A DNA stretch of 64,000 bases from a virus. Location of the stretch: positions 4,079 through 68,078 of IMG/VR virus record IMGVR_UViG_3300024265_000047. The stretch is one strand, 5' to 3'. Made by a program: the position numbers and the translations under genes. Under the pieces are notes generated by a model. That model saw nothing but the letters and a program-made list of their open reading frames with translations, had not been told where the DNA came from and ran no database searches. Of the stretch, positions 19,619-29,060 are shown in pieces (the first letter of the stretch is position 1; every line of letters begins with the position of its first letter).

Positions 19619-19857
19619 TTTTTACTCAAATCAATCGCTAAAAGATCTTTTAACACATCCTTTTGTACCTTTATATCCTTACTTGCAAGATTTAAAGTTT
19701 TTAAATGTCCAATATATTCTATTCCATGTTTTTTGAAAACTTTATCTCTTTTAAGTACGTGTTTACCACCTTTTTTTTCAATTTTAAAATTCAAGTTTAA
19801 TATCGTTGTAGCTACATTTTCATTCATAAATTCATCATATTCTAATAAATAATCCAT
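19615..19857 (-). CDS. Hypothetical (probable internal head) protein
   Basis: N-terminus MDYLLEYDEFMNE. Confidence 0.6.
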   Translation of the reverse strand: MDYLLEYDEFMNENVATTILNLNFKIEKKGGKHVLKRDKVFKKHGIEYIGHLKTLNLASKDIKVQKDVLKDLLAIDLSKN

Positions 19858-20151
19858 TTATACTTTATATTTTTTTCTTAACATTTTAATTCTATCTAAA
19901 CCAATGTCCTGTAAAGCTAAATTAATATTACCTTTATCTACAATTCTACCATTAGATAAATCGATAAATTCTTTTCTACTTAATATGATAGTTGCATTAG
20001 AATTTGGTTTCAGTGATATTCTAAACGTATCACTTCCAGGTTTAGATATGCTTACTTCAACAACATCACCCTTTAACAATGTTTCATATTCATTTTCTGA
20101 AAGTGAAATATTTAAAGGAGAAAATTCATTTATTGATTTAATATGTTTCAT
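19858..20151 (-). CDS. Hypothetical (probable internal head) protein
   Basis: N-terminus MKHIKSINEF; internal duplication ISLSENEYETLLKGDVV / IILSRKEFIDLSNGRIV. Confidence 0.6.
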   Translation of the reverse strand: MKHIKSINEFSPLNISLSENEYETLLKGDVVEVSISKPGSDTFRISLKPNSNATIILSRKEFIDLSNGRIVDKGNINLALQDIGLDRIKMLRKKYKV

Positions 20152-20160
20152 CTAATATAT

Positions 20161-21162
20161 TTATTTTAAATCTATTTCATAATTTGCAAAATCTCTCATA
20201 TAATCTGAAAGTTTTGTACCATTTTTATCGATAGTATCTGTTATACCTTTTTTATCTGGTAATCCATTATTATCTAAATATCTTTTAACACCTTTTGCTC
20301 CTGCTAAATGAGCAGCAGCCAATATTCCAGATTCAGTTATTTTAATACTATCTATTATTGTACCATCATATATTTTAATATATGATTTCAATCTTCTTTT
20401 ATTAAGTTTCATCCATTTTACAACATCCTTATCCTGTTCATTTTCTGGCCATATACTTGGATTCTTTATAAAATCTTTTATTGTTATTTTTCTACCTACA
20501 TCAGACAAAGCAGCTTCACCCATTTGATATTTTCCAATATATCCATAAATATTACTTGTATCCCATAAATTAGTAGATTCTCTAGATGCTAAATAATCCA
20601 AAAACTTTTTAGTTCCTATTGGTAATGTATCAATGTATTTAATAGATTTTTCTAAATTAATTTTAATTTCTTTCGTTGATACTGTTTTCATTTTATCAAC
20701 AGTTTTCTCTCTAACTATATCATTCACCATTATAACTAAATCCTTATCAACATGATCTAAATCTTGTTTTTCAAAACCTATAAAATCTGGTTTTAATACC
20801 AATATCATAACTATAAGATATGTCAATATAGCTTTAAATACAATATGTTGTTGCTTTTCAGTTTTAGTTTTACCCAATAAATCATCTATAGCTTTACCAA
20901 GTTCTAAGTGTCCTATATCTTTTAAAACTTTTTTAAACTTAGGATCATCTTTTTTTGTTGCAAAAAACTTTTTAAGCTTTGAAGCTTTCATTTTTTTGTG
21001 TAAAATAAATTTTATAAGTATCATCAAAGATCCTCTGTCACGAATACCTATTTTATACGCAACCTTCAAATGATCATAAACATCTTTTAAGGATTCATTT
21101 ATGATAGCTTCATTTAAAAATGATTGCTCTACATATTCATTATGTTCTAATAGATATTTCAT
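20161..21162 (-). CDS. Membrane-anchored lysozyme-like/lytic transglycosylase-fold protein
   Basis: C-terminal LASRES...GYIGKYQMG...SGILAAAHLAG lysozyme-like motifs; one hydrophobic helix AILTYLIVMILVL. Confidence 0.75.
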   Translation of the reverse strand: MKYLLEHNEYVEQSFLNEAIINESLKDVYDHLKVAYKIGIRDRGSLMILIKFILHKKMKASKLKKFFATKKDDPKFKKVLKDIGHLELGKAIDDLLGKTKTEKQQHIVFKAILTYLIVMILVLKPDFIGFEKQDLDHVDKDLVIMVNDIVREKTVDKMKTVSTKEIKINLEKSIKYIDTLPIGTKKFLDYLASRESTNLWDTSNIYGYIGKYQMGEAALSDVGRKITIKDFIKNPSIWPENEQDKDVVKWMKLNKRRLKSYIKIYDGTIIDSIKITESGILAAAHLAGAKGVKRYLDNNGLPDKKGITDTIDKNGTKLSDYMRDFANYEIDLK

Positions 21163-23093
21163 TTGTGTTGTTTGTCTTTTTTTCTTCCTTTAACGACCTT
21201 GTGCCATTTTTTTAATTTCTCTATTGTTTCAACATCAAAAGTAACAGTTGATTCTTTAAGTTCTTTATAAATTCCATGTAAATATTCAGGAGTAAAATTT
21301 TTAAATCCTTCTATATCATCTATAAAAACTGTATCAATTGCCATCTTTGATCTTATATCTCCATTATCACGTTCATCTATATTTTGAACAATAAATCCTT
21401 TCTTATTAAAATATTTATTACCGTATACTTCTGCCATATAACCATTCATTCTTTGAAACACTGTATATACAGAAGTTGGTATGTATTTTTCAGCAACCTT
21501 TTCATATGTCTTTTTAATATTCAAAGAATTATCACACATTTTATAATCACAAATAAAATCTACATTTTTAATAGTTTCATCCAACATCTTTTTTAATATT
21601 TCAGGTTTGATATAACCCCTTTGTTTACTTGATTTTTCTATTATTGCTAATACTATTGGTTTTTTAGCTTTTATATGTACCCTTTTAAGGTAATTGATAT
21701 GAAATTTTGTTATAGGATGAAAATATCCATCAACAATTGCAACCTTTTCTTTTTCTTTTAGTTCTTCCTTTTTATTCAATACCTTTTTCTCTAAATCTAC
21801 TATTTTTATTTTAGATTTTACTTCTTCTACAAAAGGTTCTTTATATTCGATTTCCTCTTTTTCATACAAGAATTCGTTTTGTTCTTTAATACTAAGGTAT
21901 TCTTTGAATGTTTTAAACTCATTTACTTCTGATACCTCAGTTATTTTTTTAATCTTAAGAACTATACCGTTTATGTTTTTAATTATTTGTGGAGTCAAAA
22001 TATCACTGGATCTTCTTCGAAGTTTTCTTAACGATGATACAAATATCTTAAACAAATTTTTATAAATATCATTCTGTAATATTTTTTTAGTTTTATTGTT
22101 AGATATTAAATCTATATTTATGTTAAATTCTTTTCTTTTTGCAAATCTTGGAACATTAATAACTATATTTTCATATTTTGAAGCATTTTCTTCAACATAA
22201 TCATTAAATATACTTGATATAAATTCTAAATATCTTTCATCTGGTTTTCTTTTAGATAAAACAACATTCAATTTTTCAGGATATTTTGTCAAATATTCTA
22301 ATATATCTAAAAGTATTATAGAATATGTATCATCTGGTTTTTTAGGTTCCTTAGCATGTGAAAACATTATTATTGGATCTATAAATTTTGCAGAATATAC
22401 CCCATCGCCCGTCTGAAATTTAAATACTATAGAATCTATGGGTTTTTCAGTTGTAACATTCAAAAATGTTTTCTTTAAGGATGGATTTATTATCTGTAAA
22501 AAATATTTTGTGAATGAATCTGTTCCAAACATTTCCTTCAAAGCTTCAAGAGGAGTATCCAAATAATCCAAAATTTTTGCTTTCTGTTTTTCTCTAAGAT
22601 AACCCGTAAAAAATATCGGTGGACCATCTATATCAAACATATCAGCCCAAAACTTTAATGTCTTAAAATCATCTATTATCTTTATATTTTTATTGCTTTT
22701 ATTTTTGACAAGTATGTGAGTTATTACCAAATTATTTTTTGGTATTTGATCATATTTGATGTTAGCTGGAGATGTACTTACAAAATATTGAAATCCAAAT
22801 CTCCAATCAGAAGGTATTTGATTTAATATACTCTTATCCAAATTACTGAAAAGGTTTATCATGTTTTCATAATATACCATCAATACTCTATCAACCTTAT
22901 TCAATGGATCTCTATCATCCCTTTTGAACACATCTATTCCGTTTCCAACATTTCCATATCCATCACTTTTTTGGATATAAACATTTGATCCATCGAGATT
23001 TTCAGATACACTTACATAGCTATCTAATAATTTAGTTATAAAATCTCGACCCCTTTTAACATATACTTCTCTTAAATCTAAAAGGCCTACCAT
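21159..23093 (-). CDS. Fusion of ligase-like (DUF6267-like) and HIGH-type nucleotidyltransferase-like domains
   Basis: N-terminal VSENLDGS (cf. EKxDG) and C-terminal VAIVDGYFHPITKFH (cf. GxFxPxxxGH). Confidence 0.55.
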   Translation of the reverse strand: MVGLLDLREVYVKRGRDFITKLLDSYVSVSENLDGSNVYIQKSDGYGNVGNGIDVFKRDDRDPLNKVDRVLMVYYENMINLFSNLDKSILNQIPSDWRFGFQYFVSTSPANIKYDQIPKNNLVITHILVKNKSNKNIKIIDDFKTLKFWADMFDIDGPPIFFTGYLREKQKAKILDYLDTPLEALKEMFGTDSFTKYFLQIINPSLKKTFLNVTTEKPIDSIVFKFQTGDGVYSAKFIDPIIMFSHAKEPKKPDDTYSIILLDILEYLTKYPEKLNVVLSKRKPDERYLEFISSIFNDYVEENASKYENIVINVPRFAKRKEFNINIDLISNNKTKKILQNDIYKNLFKIFVSSLRKLRRRSSDILTPQIIKNINGIVLKIKKITEVSEVNEFKTFKEYLSIKEQNEFLYEKEEIEYKEPFVEEVKSKIKIVDLEKKVLNKKEELKEKEKVAIVDGYFHPITKFHINYLKRVHIKAKKPIVLAIIEKSSKQRGYIKPEILKKMLDETIKNVDFICDYKMCDNSLNIKKTYEKVAEKYIPTSVYTVFQRMNGYMAEVYGNKYFNKKGFIVQNIDERDNGDIRSKMAIDTVFIDDIEGFKNFTPEYLHGIYKELKESTVTFDVETIEKLKKWHKVVKGRKKDKQHK

Positions 23094-23104
23094 ATTTTAA
23101 AGTA

Positions 23105-23743
23105 TTACTGATTAATTTCGTCCAATCTAAAGTTTCTAAAATATCCAGATGCATCTTTACTTATTTGATCTGGTAACATCATATTCATATATTCATACGC
23201 TCTATTGATTTCAGTTTCAGTATTCAATGCTGCATAAACTTTTTCGTATAGATGCTTATATTTTTCGTTATACATTTTAATATCCTCTGTCTTAACTTCA
23301 ACTAATGAACCTTTTTTCTTTTTCTTTACACATTCTTCAATTGCTGCATTATTGTATTTTTCACTTACTTTTTTATCACCCTTCCATTCAGTACTTACTT
23401 CATCAAAGAATTTCTTTCTTTCATCTTCACTCATCTGAGATATTGAATCAAAACCAGAAGCTTTTAATTTCTTAGCAAAAAATGTTTGATATGCATTTTC
23501 TTCTTCAATTTTCTTTGCTTCTGCAAGTTTTTGAGCAACTTCTTTCTTTTCTTTTAGAATATCGTGTCCTGTAATTATTCTGTGAACATTACTGTAAAAT
23601 CCCAACATCTGATTTTCGTCAAGTTTGCTAAGATCTTCTATTCCCATTTCTTTCATAGTTTCAAGAATTGAAGATTCCATGTCTTCTGAAAATTTAACTG
23701 TATTGATCTCTTTTCTTAGATCGCTTAATTTACCTAAACCCAT
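23105..23743 (-). CDS. Probable prohead core/internal head protein
   Basis: Glu/Lys-rich and helical; contains YQTFFAKKLK...MSEDERKKFF...W, which I recall from T4-like phage late proteins; ATATATAA upstream. Confidence 0.55.
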   Translation of the reverse strand: MGLGKLSDLRKEINTVKFSEDMESSILETMKEMGIEDLSKLDENQMLGFYSNVHRIITGHDILKEKKEVAQKLAEAKKIEEENAYQTFFAKKLKASGFDSISQMSEDERKKFFDEVSTEWKGDKKVSEKYNNAAIEECVKKKKKGSLVEVKTEDIKMYNEKYKHLYEKVYAALNTETEINRAYEYMNMMLPDQISKDASGYFRNFRLDEINQ

Positions 23744-23876
23744 AGTATTATTTTATTTTTTTATTATATATCATTTTCATTTTTAATTCCAAGTTTATCG
23801 AATATTATTTTCAATGTTTTATCCGAGGGTTGTCAGATACCTGTAAAACCTATCTTTTTAAAATATATATTAGAAT

Positions 23877-25394
23877 TTAAAACGATATCCTCTTTATTTT
23901 ATATGGAAATTTTTGTTCTTTATAGATAGATAACCTACTTTCACCATGTCTAAGCATGTAATTCTTATAGATCCTTTCTTTACCTTTGGGTGTAAAGTAT
24001 TTGTATCTAAAATCATCAACGAAATCAATTATTATAAGCTTACCCTTCGTAGCATGCTTTCTTAATCCTCTACCGATTGACTGTCTTATTATAGTTTCTG
24101 ATTTGAATGACTCTGTTAAGAATATGTTATGTATATTTGTGATATTTATACCAGTTGAAAATGTACCGAATGATGCAACAAGAATCTTTCTTTCATCTTC
24201 TTCCATTAATTTTTTGTACCTATCTCTGGTATCAGCATCAGTACCACCATCAACATAATAAACCTCACCGTCATATTCATCCCTTAATGTATTATAAAGT
24301 AATTTACCATGTTCTATTCTATGAAATAATACCAAACTATTTTTATTAACCTTTTTTATTATACCTGTTACAAAATCTAATCTTTTTTTACTAGCAATGA
24401 TAAACTTTTGTTCCATTGCGAGATTTTTACTTCCCTCGTCTGAATTATCATACAGTATTTTAAATGCTTCTTTCTGTTCATTTGTAGCATAATTCATCAT
24501 GATAACTTTTACATTAACAGGTGAAATAAATCCTCTATCAATTAAATAATTAGCACTTATATTTTTAACCAGTGGTCCAGTATTTGCAGTAAGAGTTAAT
24601 CTACCCACTTCATCCTTTGGAACAGTTCCTGATAATCCGAAACGATAATCCATATGCCAGCAGAAATCAAGTATCTTTCTTATACTATTAGAATTTGCGC
24701 GATGGGTTTCATCCACTATTACTGCATCAAATTGTTGAAAATATGCCTTTTCTTTTTTGACCAATGATTGGTATGTTCCAACAACTAAATTACTTTTTTC
24801 CTTTATTTTTGAACCAGCATATATTTGTTGTATTGCTAATGGTAATTCATCTCTAAAATTATATTCAGTAAAATCATCGGCCATCTGAATGACCAATTGA
24901 ACATTTGGAACTATCAATAACACTCTTTCTGCATAACCCTGATCTCTCATATAGGCTATTATCATAAACATTATCAAAGATTTACCTGATGATGTAGCTA
25001 ATTCTGCTAAACATCTACGATATCTTAATATTTGGTATGCTGTTTCAATTTGATAATCTCGTGGTTGCTTCTCAAATCCTTCAAAAAATCTAGTAACCCA
25101 TGCATGAAATTCATCTTTATCAACATCAATATTAAATAGCTTTAATATTCCATTAAGTTGTACTTCAAAATTGTATTTTTTACCGATGTCCATACATTCT
25201 TTCCATAAACCAGATGGCATTTTACTGCCCTTTAAAAATGATACGAAACCGTCCCACACGCCCCGTTTTACAAGTGGGTGATATCTCCATGAAGCTATTC
25301 GTTTTGTCAAAGATAACTTAAGTTGATCGTATTCAGGTTCAATACAACTTTCTATATATAAAAATCTTTTATCGGGTGATAGAGTTAAATTCAT
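23877..25394 (-). CDS. uvsW: UvsW-like SF2 helicase
   Basis: RDYQ, ATSSGKS, VDETH, GLSGT, FSTGIN and QSIGRGLR motifs. Confidence 0.93.
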   Translation of the reverse strand: MNLTLSPDKRFLYIESCIEPEYDQLKLSLTKRIASWRYHPLVKRGVWDGFVSFLKGSKMPSGLWKECMDIGKKYNFEVQLNGILKLFNIDVDKDEFHAWVTRFFEGFEKQPRDYQIETAYQILRYRRCLAELATSSGKSLIMFMIIAYMRDQGYAERVLLIVPNVQLVIQMADDFTEYNFRDELPLAIQQIYAGSKIKEKSNLVVGTYQSLVKKEKAYFQQFDAVIVDETHRANSNSIRKILDFCWHMDYRFGLSGTVPKDEVGRLTLTANTGPLVKNISANYLIDRGFISPVNVKVIMMNYATNEQKEAFKILYDNSDEGSKNLAMEQKFIIASKKRLDFVTGIIKKVNKNSLVLFHRIEHGKLLYNTLRDEYDGEVYYVDGGTDADTRDRYKKLMEEDERKILVASFGTFSTGINITNIHNIFLTESFKSETIIRQSIGRGLRKHATKGKLIIIDFVDDFRYKYFTPKGKERIYKNYMLRHGESRLSIYKEQKFPYKIKRISF

Positions 25395-25395
25395 A

Positions 25396-25827
25396 TTACA
25401 ACATTTCGTCTGTATAAAGATCCATACGTCTCTTGATAGCCCAACCTAAATTATCCAAAGTTTTTATAACTTCACTGTAAAAATCTATATGGGAATTCAA
25501 TACTTCGTATTGTCTTTTTATATTTGATAAATCGCTTTTAACAAATTTATCGGTTTCTCCAGCATTTAATTTAAGATTATAACTACTTTTATATTCAATA
25601 TATTTTTCTTTATATGTAGTATCATATAAACTATTAATTTTAAATACATTCAATCTTAAATCTGCAATTTTATCAACGAGTTGATGTCTATAAGATAACA
25701 TAAAAATTTGAGCGTTTGGAACACCTTTAATATCAGCTATACTCTTGATTAAACTAAGTATTTTATTATTCCATTTAACTCTACTTTCAATTGTTCTTTT
25801 TTCCAATTCTTCAACAATATTTGCCAT
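25396..25827 (-). CDS. uvsY: UvsY-like recombination mediator
   Basis: 143-aa helical protein next to uvsW; C-terminal IKTLDNLGWAIK resembles UvsY. Confidence 0.7.
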   Translation of the reverse strand: MANIVEELEKRTIESRVKWNNKILSLIKSIADIKGVPNAQIFMLSYRHQLVDKIADLRLNVFKINSLYDTTYKEKYIEYKSSYNLKLNAGETDKFVKSDLSNIKRQYEVLNSHIDFYSEVIKTLDNLGWAIKRRMDLYTDEML

Positions 25828-25839
25828 TATTTCATTTTT

Positions 25840-26061
25840 TTAAAATACCGAATTTTCAGAATCCTTCATTTTTTTCTTATTAATAATTTTGATTCTTTTA
25901 AGCTTTTTCATGACTTTTTTTCCAGGTTCAAAATCAATAGATTTATAATTAAAGATAAACGGAAAATTACTAATTAATAATTTAAATTTCTTTTTATGAA
26001 TTTCATTATCCTTATGAAATTGTTCTAATTCTTCCGACATATGAATATCATTTATTTTCAT
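25840..26061 (-). CDS. Hypothetical protein
   Basis: 73-aa basic ORF behind a promoter motif. Confidence 0.55.
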   Translation of the reverse strand: MKINDIHMSEELEQFHKDNEIHKKKFKLLISNFPFIFNYKSIDFEPGKKVMKKLKRIKIINKKKMKDSENSVF

Positions 26062-26069
26062 TACCTTTA

Positions 26070-26096
26070 ATTATATACGAATTTTTAAAAATGTTA
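26070..26096 (-). promoter_or_regulatory. (T)AAC-N17-TATAAT promoter
   Basis: Minus strand reads TAAC atttttaaaaattcgta TATAAT (one mismatch in the upstream box). Confidence 0.6.
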
Positions 26097-27197
26097 CATG
26101 TAAATTATATCATGTGGATCTGCACTAAAATAAGTTTCTAATTTATTTAACATATTATTCTTTTCTTTAAATGCTATAATTACCAAATCATTAAGATCTT
26201 TCTTTTTATTTCTTCTTTGTAATCTATAATCTTTAACAAATTTTTCCCATAGAAAAACTTCCTTTCTTATTTTAAGTTTCTTGATCATCTTATTTCTTCC
26301 ACCAGAATCATTATCTAAAAAATATCTAACTGTTGGAAGATCATCAAAGTTGTATGGTTCTTTTTTCAAACCCAATATCGCAATGGAATTCTTCATAAAC
26401 ATTGAATCAATTGCTCCTTCAAATACCGTAAATGTTCTTGAAAAATCAACATTTAAGATATTAAAAATCATTGATAATTTTTTTATATCTTCTTTGTAGG
26501 GTGTTTCAGTTTCTAAACCAGCATTTTCTCTCATTTTCTCTATATCATGAGTTATGTATTTTGCTGTTTTATATTTTGGATTTGAACCTAAATAACTTAT
26601 CTGTAAACCCAAAACTTTATCTCTTCTATGATTTAAATTAAGAATGAATAGTCTTAATCGTTTTGGATCCCATGCAAAATAATGTAATCTATTTATAAGT
26701 AACCTACTTCTAAGATAGGGATACACTCTATACATGTGTTTATTTATAGGTCTTGCCCAGTATGCTTTATAAAATTGATCTAAAGTTAATCCCAATGAAT
26801 TTAATATTTCAAATTTTTCAAAATCTAAACTTTTGGCATGTGCTATTTCAACATGGTTTTCTTTTATGTATCTTAAAAGTTTAAATCTTTTTAAATCATC
26901 TATATTTTCATCAAAATTCTTTAAAAAATCTATTACGCTTGTGTATTTTTGACACCCATCATTATAACATTTATAATACAATGTGTCCCAATACAAATTG
27001 CCTCTTTTTTTATTTTTGTCCATTGATGAATCACCACAATATGGACAAGCGAAATTTAACCTACTATCATATGAATGGATATCCTGTTTGGTAGGAGAGT
27101 CGTGCTCCTTTAAGAGCACGACTTTTATGCTTTGAGAAATAAGATCCTTCATATCATTAGTAAGTACAATTTTATCCTTACTAATTTCTGTTTCCAT
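26094..27197 (-). CDS. dnaG: gp61-like DNA primase
   Basis: Zn finger CPYCGDS...CYNDGC; TOPRIM FEGAIDSMF and LDND; KDLND. Confidence 0.9.
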   Translation of the reverse strand: METEISKDKIVLTNDMKDLISQSIKVVLLKEHDSPTKQDIHSYDSRLNFACPYCGDSSMDKNKKRGNLYWDTLYYKCYNDGCQKYTSVIDFLKNFDENIDDLKRFKLLRYIKENHVEIAHAKSLDFEKFEILNSLGLTLDQFYKAYWARPINKHMYRVYPYLRSRLLINRLHYFAWDPKRLRLFILNLNHRRDKVLGLQISYLGSNPKYKTAKYITHDIEKMRENAGLETETPYKEDIKKLSMIFNILNVDFSRTFTVFEGAIDSMFMKNSIAILGLKKEPYNFDDLPTVRYFLDNDSGGRNKMIKKLKIRKEVFLWEKFVKDYRLQRRNKKKDLNDLVIIAFKEKNNMLNKLETYFSADPHDIIYM

Positions 27198-27200
27198 CTT

Positions 27201-28160
27201 TTATCCCAAATTTAAATCTTTTAAAAATCCATCTAAATCTTCCTTTTCACTTTCAACATTTGATTTAGTAGTTTCTTTCTTTGCTGAATTTTTAGCTTCA
27301 GTCAAAGAAATATCTCCTATTCCAAGACTATCTCCTTCAACTTTAAGTTTTGAAAGTGTTTCCTTTTGATTAGTTACAGTATCAACTGCTACACCATGTT
27401 TAGTGAATCTTCTAAGTACATTGTTGATTTTTGTTTTAGTTTCTTCATCCCATGGTTTGTATTCATATTCTTCCAACTCTGGTGCTGCATTAAGATATTC
27501 CATAATAGTTTTTCTGCTTTCATCATTTCTTTCAATTTCTTGATCAGCTATTTTAAGAGCACTTATTTTACTTTGGAATTTTGAACTATCATAATTGTTA
27601 AAACCTGATACTTTCGTAACTGTTAATTCAAAATTTTTACCTTCATAAAGATCGAAAATTTGAGTTGGCTCTTCATACTTAGGATTCAATTCTTCATCGA
27701 CTTTTGCTTTGATTTTAGCACCATATTTGAAAACCTTGATTTTACCTTCAAGTTCTGATCTATGAGGATCTGTTATGATTTGTACCAAACTATAAAAGAC
27801 TTCTCTCCTTTTTAAACCTTCAGAGTCTTTCTTATCGACTGCTGAATCACTATTTCTCAATTTGAAAAACATTGTTTGGATTGGATCATTGTCTCCTACT
27901 GTACTAGGTGAATCAAAATATTCACTGTTGCCTTCATCATCTGTTAACCAATAAACGAATTTTCTAATTATCGATTTCTTCAATGGATTTTTTGGATTAG
28001 GAATAAACCTAATCAATGATGTGTATACACCATCTTTACCAGCGTCTGCTGATGGTCTGTAAAATACAGACTCTTTTCTTTCATCATTATAAGTGTCAAT
28101 TGAATCTGCACTTAAATTAAAAAGATCAAAAACTTCATTTTGTTCATTTTGTTCTGCCAT
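27201..28160 (-). CDS. gp32-like single-stranded DNA-binding protein
   Basis: IRFIP, GKIKVFKYG, IFDLYEGKNF, NNYDSSKF and acidic tail DLDGFLKDL. Confidence 0.9.
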   Translation of the reverse strand: MAEQNEQNEVFDLFNLSADSIDTYNDERKESVFYRPSADAGKDGVYTSLIRFIPNPKNPLKKSIIRKFVYWLTDDEGNSEYFDSPSTVGDNDPIQTMFFKLRNSDSAVDKKDSEGLKRREVFYSLVQIITDPHRSELEGKIKVFKYGAKIKAKVDEELNPKYEEPTQIFDLYEGKNFELTVTKVSGFNNYDSSKFQSKISALKIADQEIERNDESRKTIMEYLNAAPELEEYEYKPWDEETKTKINNVLRRFTKHGVAVDTVTNQKETLSKLKVEGDSLGIGDISLTEAKNSAKKETTKSNVESEKEDLDGFLKDLNLG

Positions 28161-28475
28161 GTTAATAACTTTTTTTTTAATTAAACTATTTAAACCTATT
28201 TAAACCTATGTAAACTCTCAATAATGAGATAACATATTCACAATACATCTTAGATGTGTTTTGGTGTACGCAATACATATTAATGTTATATCATATTAAC
28301 AATAATATGCTATTACGAAATAGCACCGTTTAATTAAAAAGCTGGGAATTTTTGGTTGAATTAGATAACATGGATATGCTATCGTTTTGAAAATCTTGCC
28401 ACTTTAAGCCATATTACGCCAATTTAAACCTCTTAATTCTTTTACTTTTTAATGCCTATTTATTTGCCATCTAAT
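28161..28475 (-). promoter_or_regulatory. Long structured 5' leader of the gp32 gene
   Basis: Non-coding stretch between a promoter and the gp32 ATG, with two clusters of 10-nt periodic repeats and several small hairpins. Confidence 0.6.
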
Positions 28476-28480
28476 TAAAT

Positions 28481-28507
28481 ATTATATACGGAAACTAAGA
28501 AAAGTTT
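28481..28507 (-). promoter_or_regulatory. AAAC-N17-TATAAT promoter
   Basis: Minus strand reads AAAC ttttcttagtttccgta TATAAT. Confidence 0.75.
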
Positions 28508-28866
28508 CATTTTCGAGTCAATTCGAATTCATCATCTAATCCTATTACCGCCATAATATCTAAGAATCTTAGTGATACCATATTATATCCCTTATACTTG
28601 AAATTTATTCCTGCATTCAGAAAATAAACAATTTTACTACCTATCCCTAGTACTGATGGAGGTTTTATGTCCTTAGTACCTTCTCCAATTTTAACTATAA
28701 ATCCAGTATTTTTGAATTCTCTATCAAGATTAGTAGGTAACAAAATACCACCGGGTGATATCTTTTCTACTTTTTCCTTTATTACTAAAACTCTATCATA
28801 CAAAACATTTATAGTATTAAAATCTTCTTTTTTATATTCTTCTATTTTAATTTTTTCTTTTTCCAT
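28507..28866 (-). CDS. groES: GroES/Cpn10 co-chaperonin
   Basis: LYDRVLV...SPGGILLP mobile loop, GFIVKIGEG and DIMAVI. Confidence 0.88.
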   Translation of the reverse strand: MEKEKIKIEEYKKEDFNTINVLYDRVLVIKEKVEKISPGGILLPTNLDREFKNTGFIVKIGEGTKDIKPPSVLGIGSKIVYFLNAGINFKYKGYNMVSLRFLDIMAVIGLDDEFELTRK

Positions 28867-28872
28867 TTATAT

Positions 28873-29055
28873 TTATTTTACACAATCATTAAAAATTTCA
28901 TATACAACCCAAGGAACTATACCTTCAGTCATTCGACATAATTTCATTACTTTATATTTCCTTTCAAGTTCAGTTCCTTTGGAACTTTTATATAAATACA
29001 TTACATCTTCTAAAAAAATATTTACTTTTTCTTTACTTATTATAGTTAAATCCAT
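28873..29055 (-). CDS. Hypothetical protein
   Basis: 60-aa ORF that fills the gap in the operon. Confidence 0.55.
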   Translation of the reverse strand: MDLTIISKEKVNIFLEDVMYLYKSSKGTELERKYKVMKLCRMTEGIVPWVVYEIFNDCVK

Positions 29056-29060
29056 TTTTT

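Noticed and set aside
28161-28475. CRISPR array or tRNA in the gp32 leader
   Set aside because: Repeats are only ~10 nt and degenerate with no spacers; no cloverleaf or T-loop consensus; no cas genes in the window.
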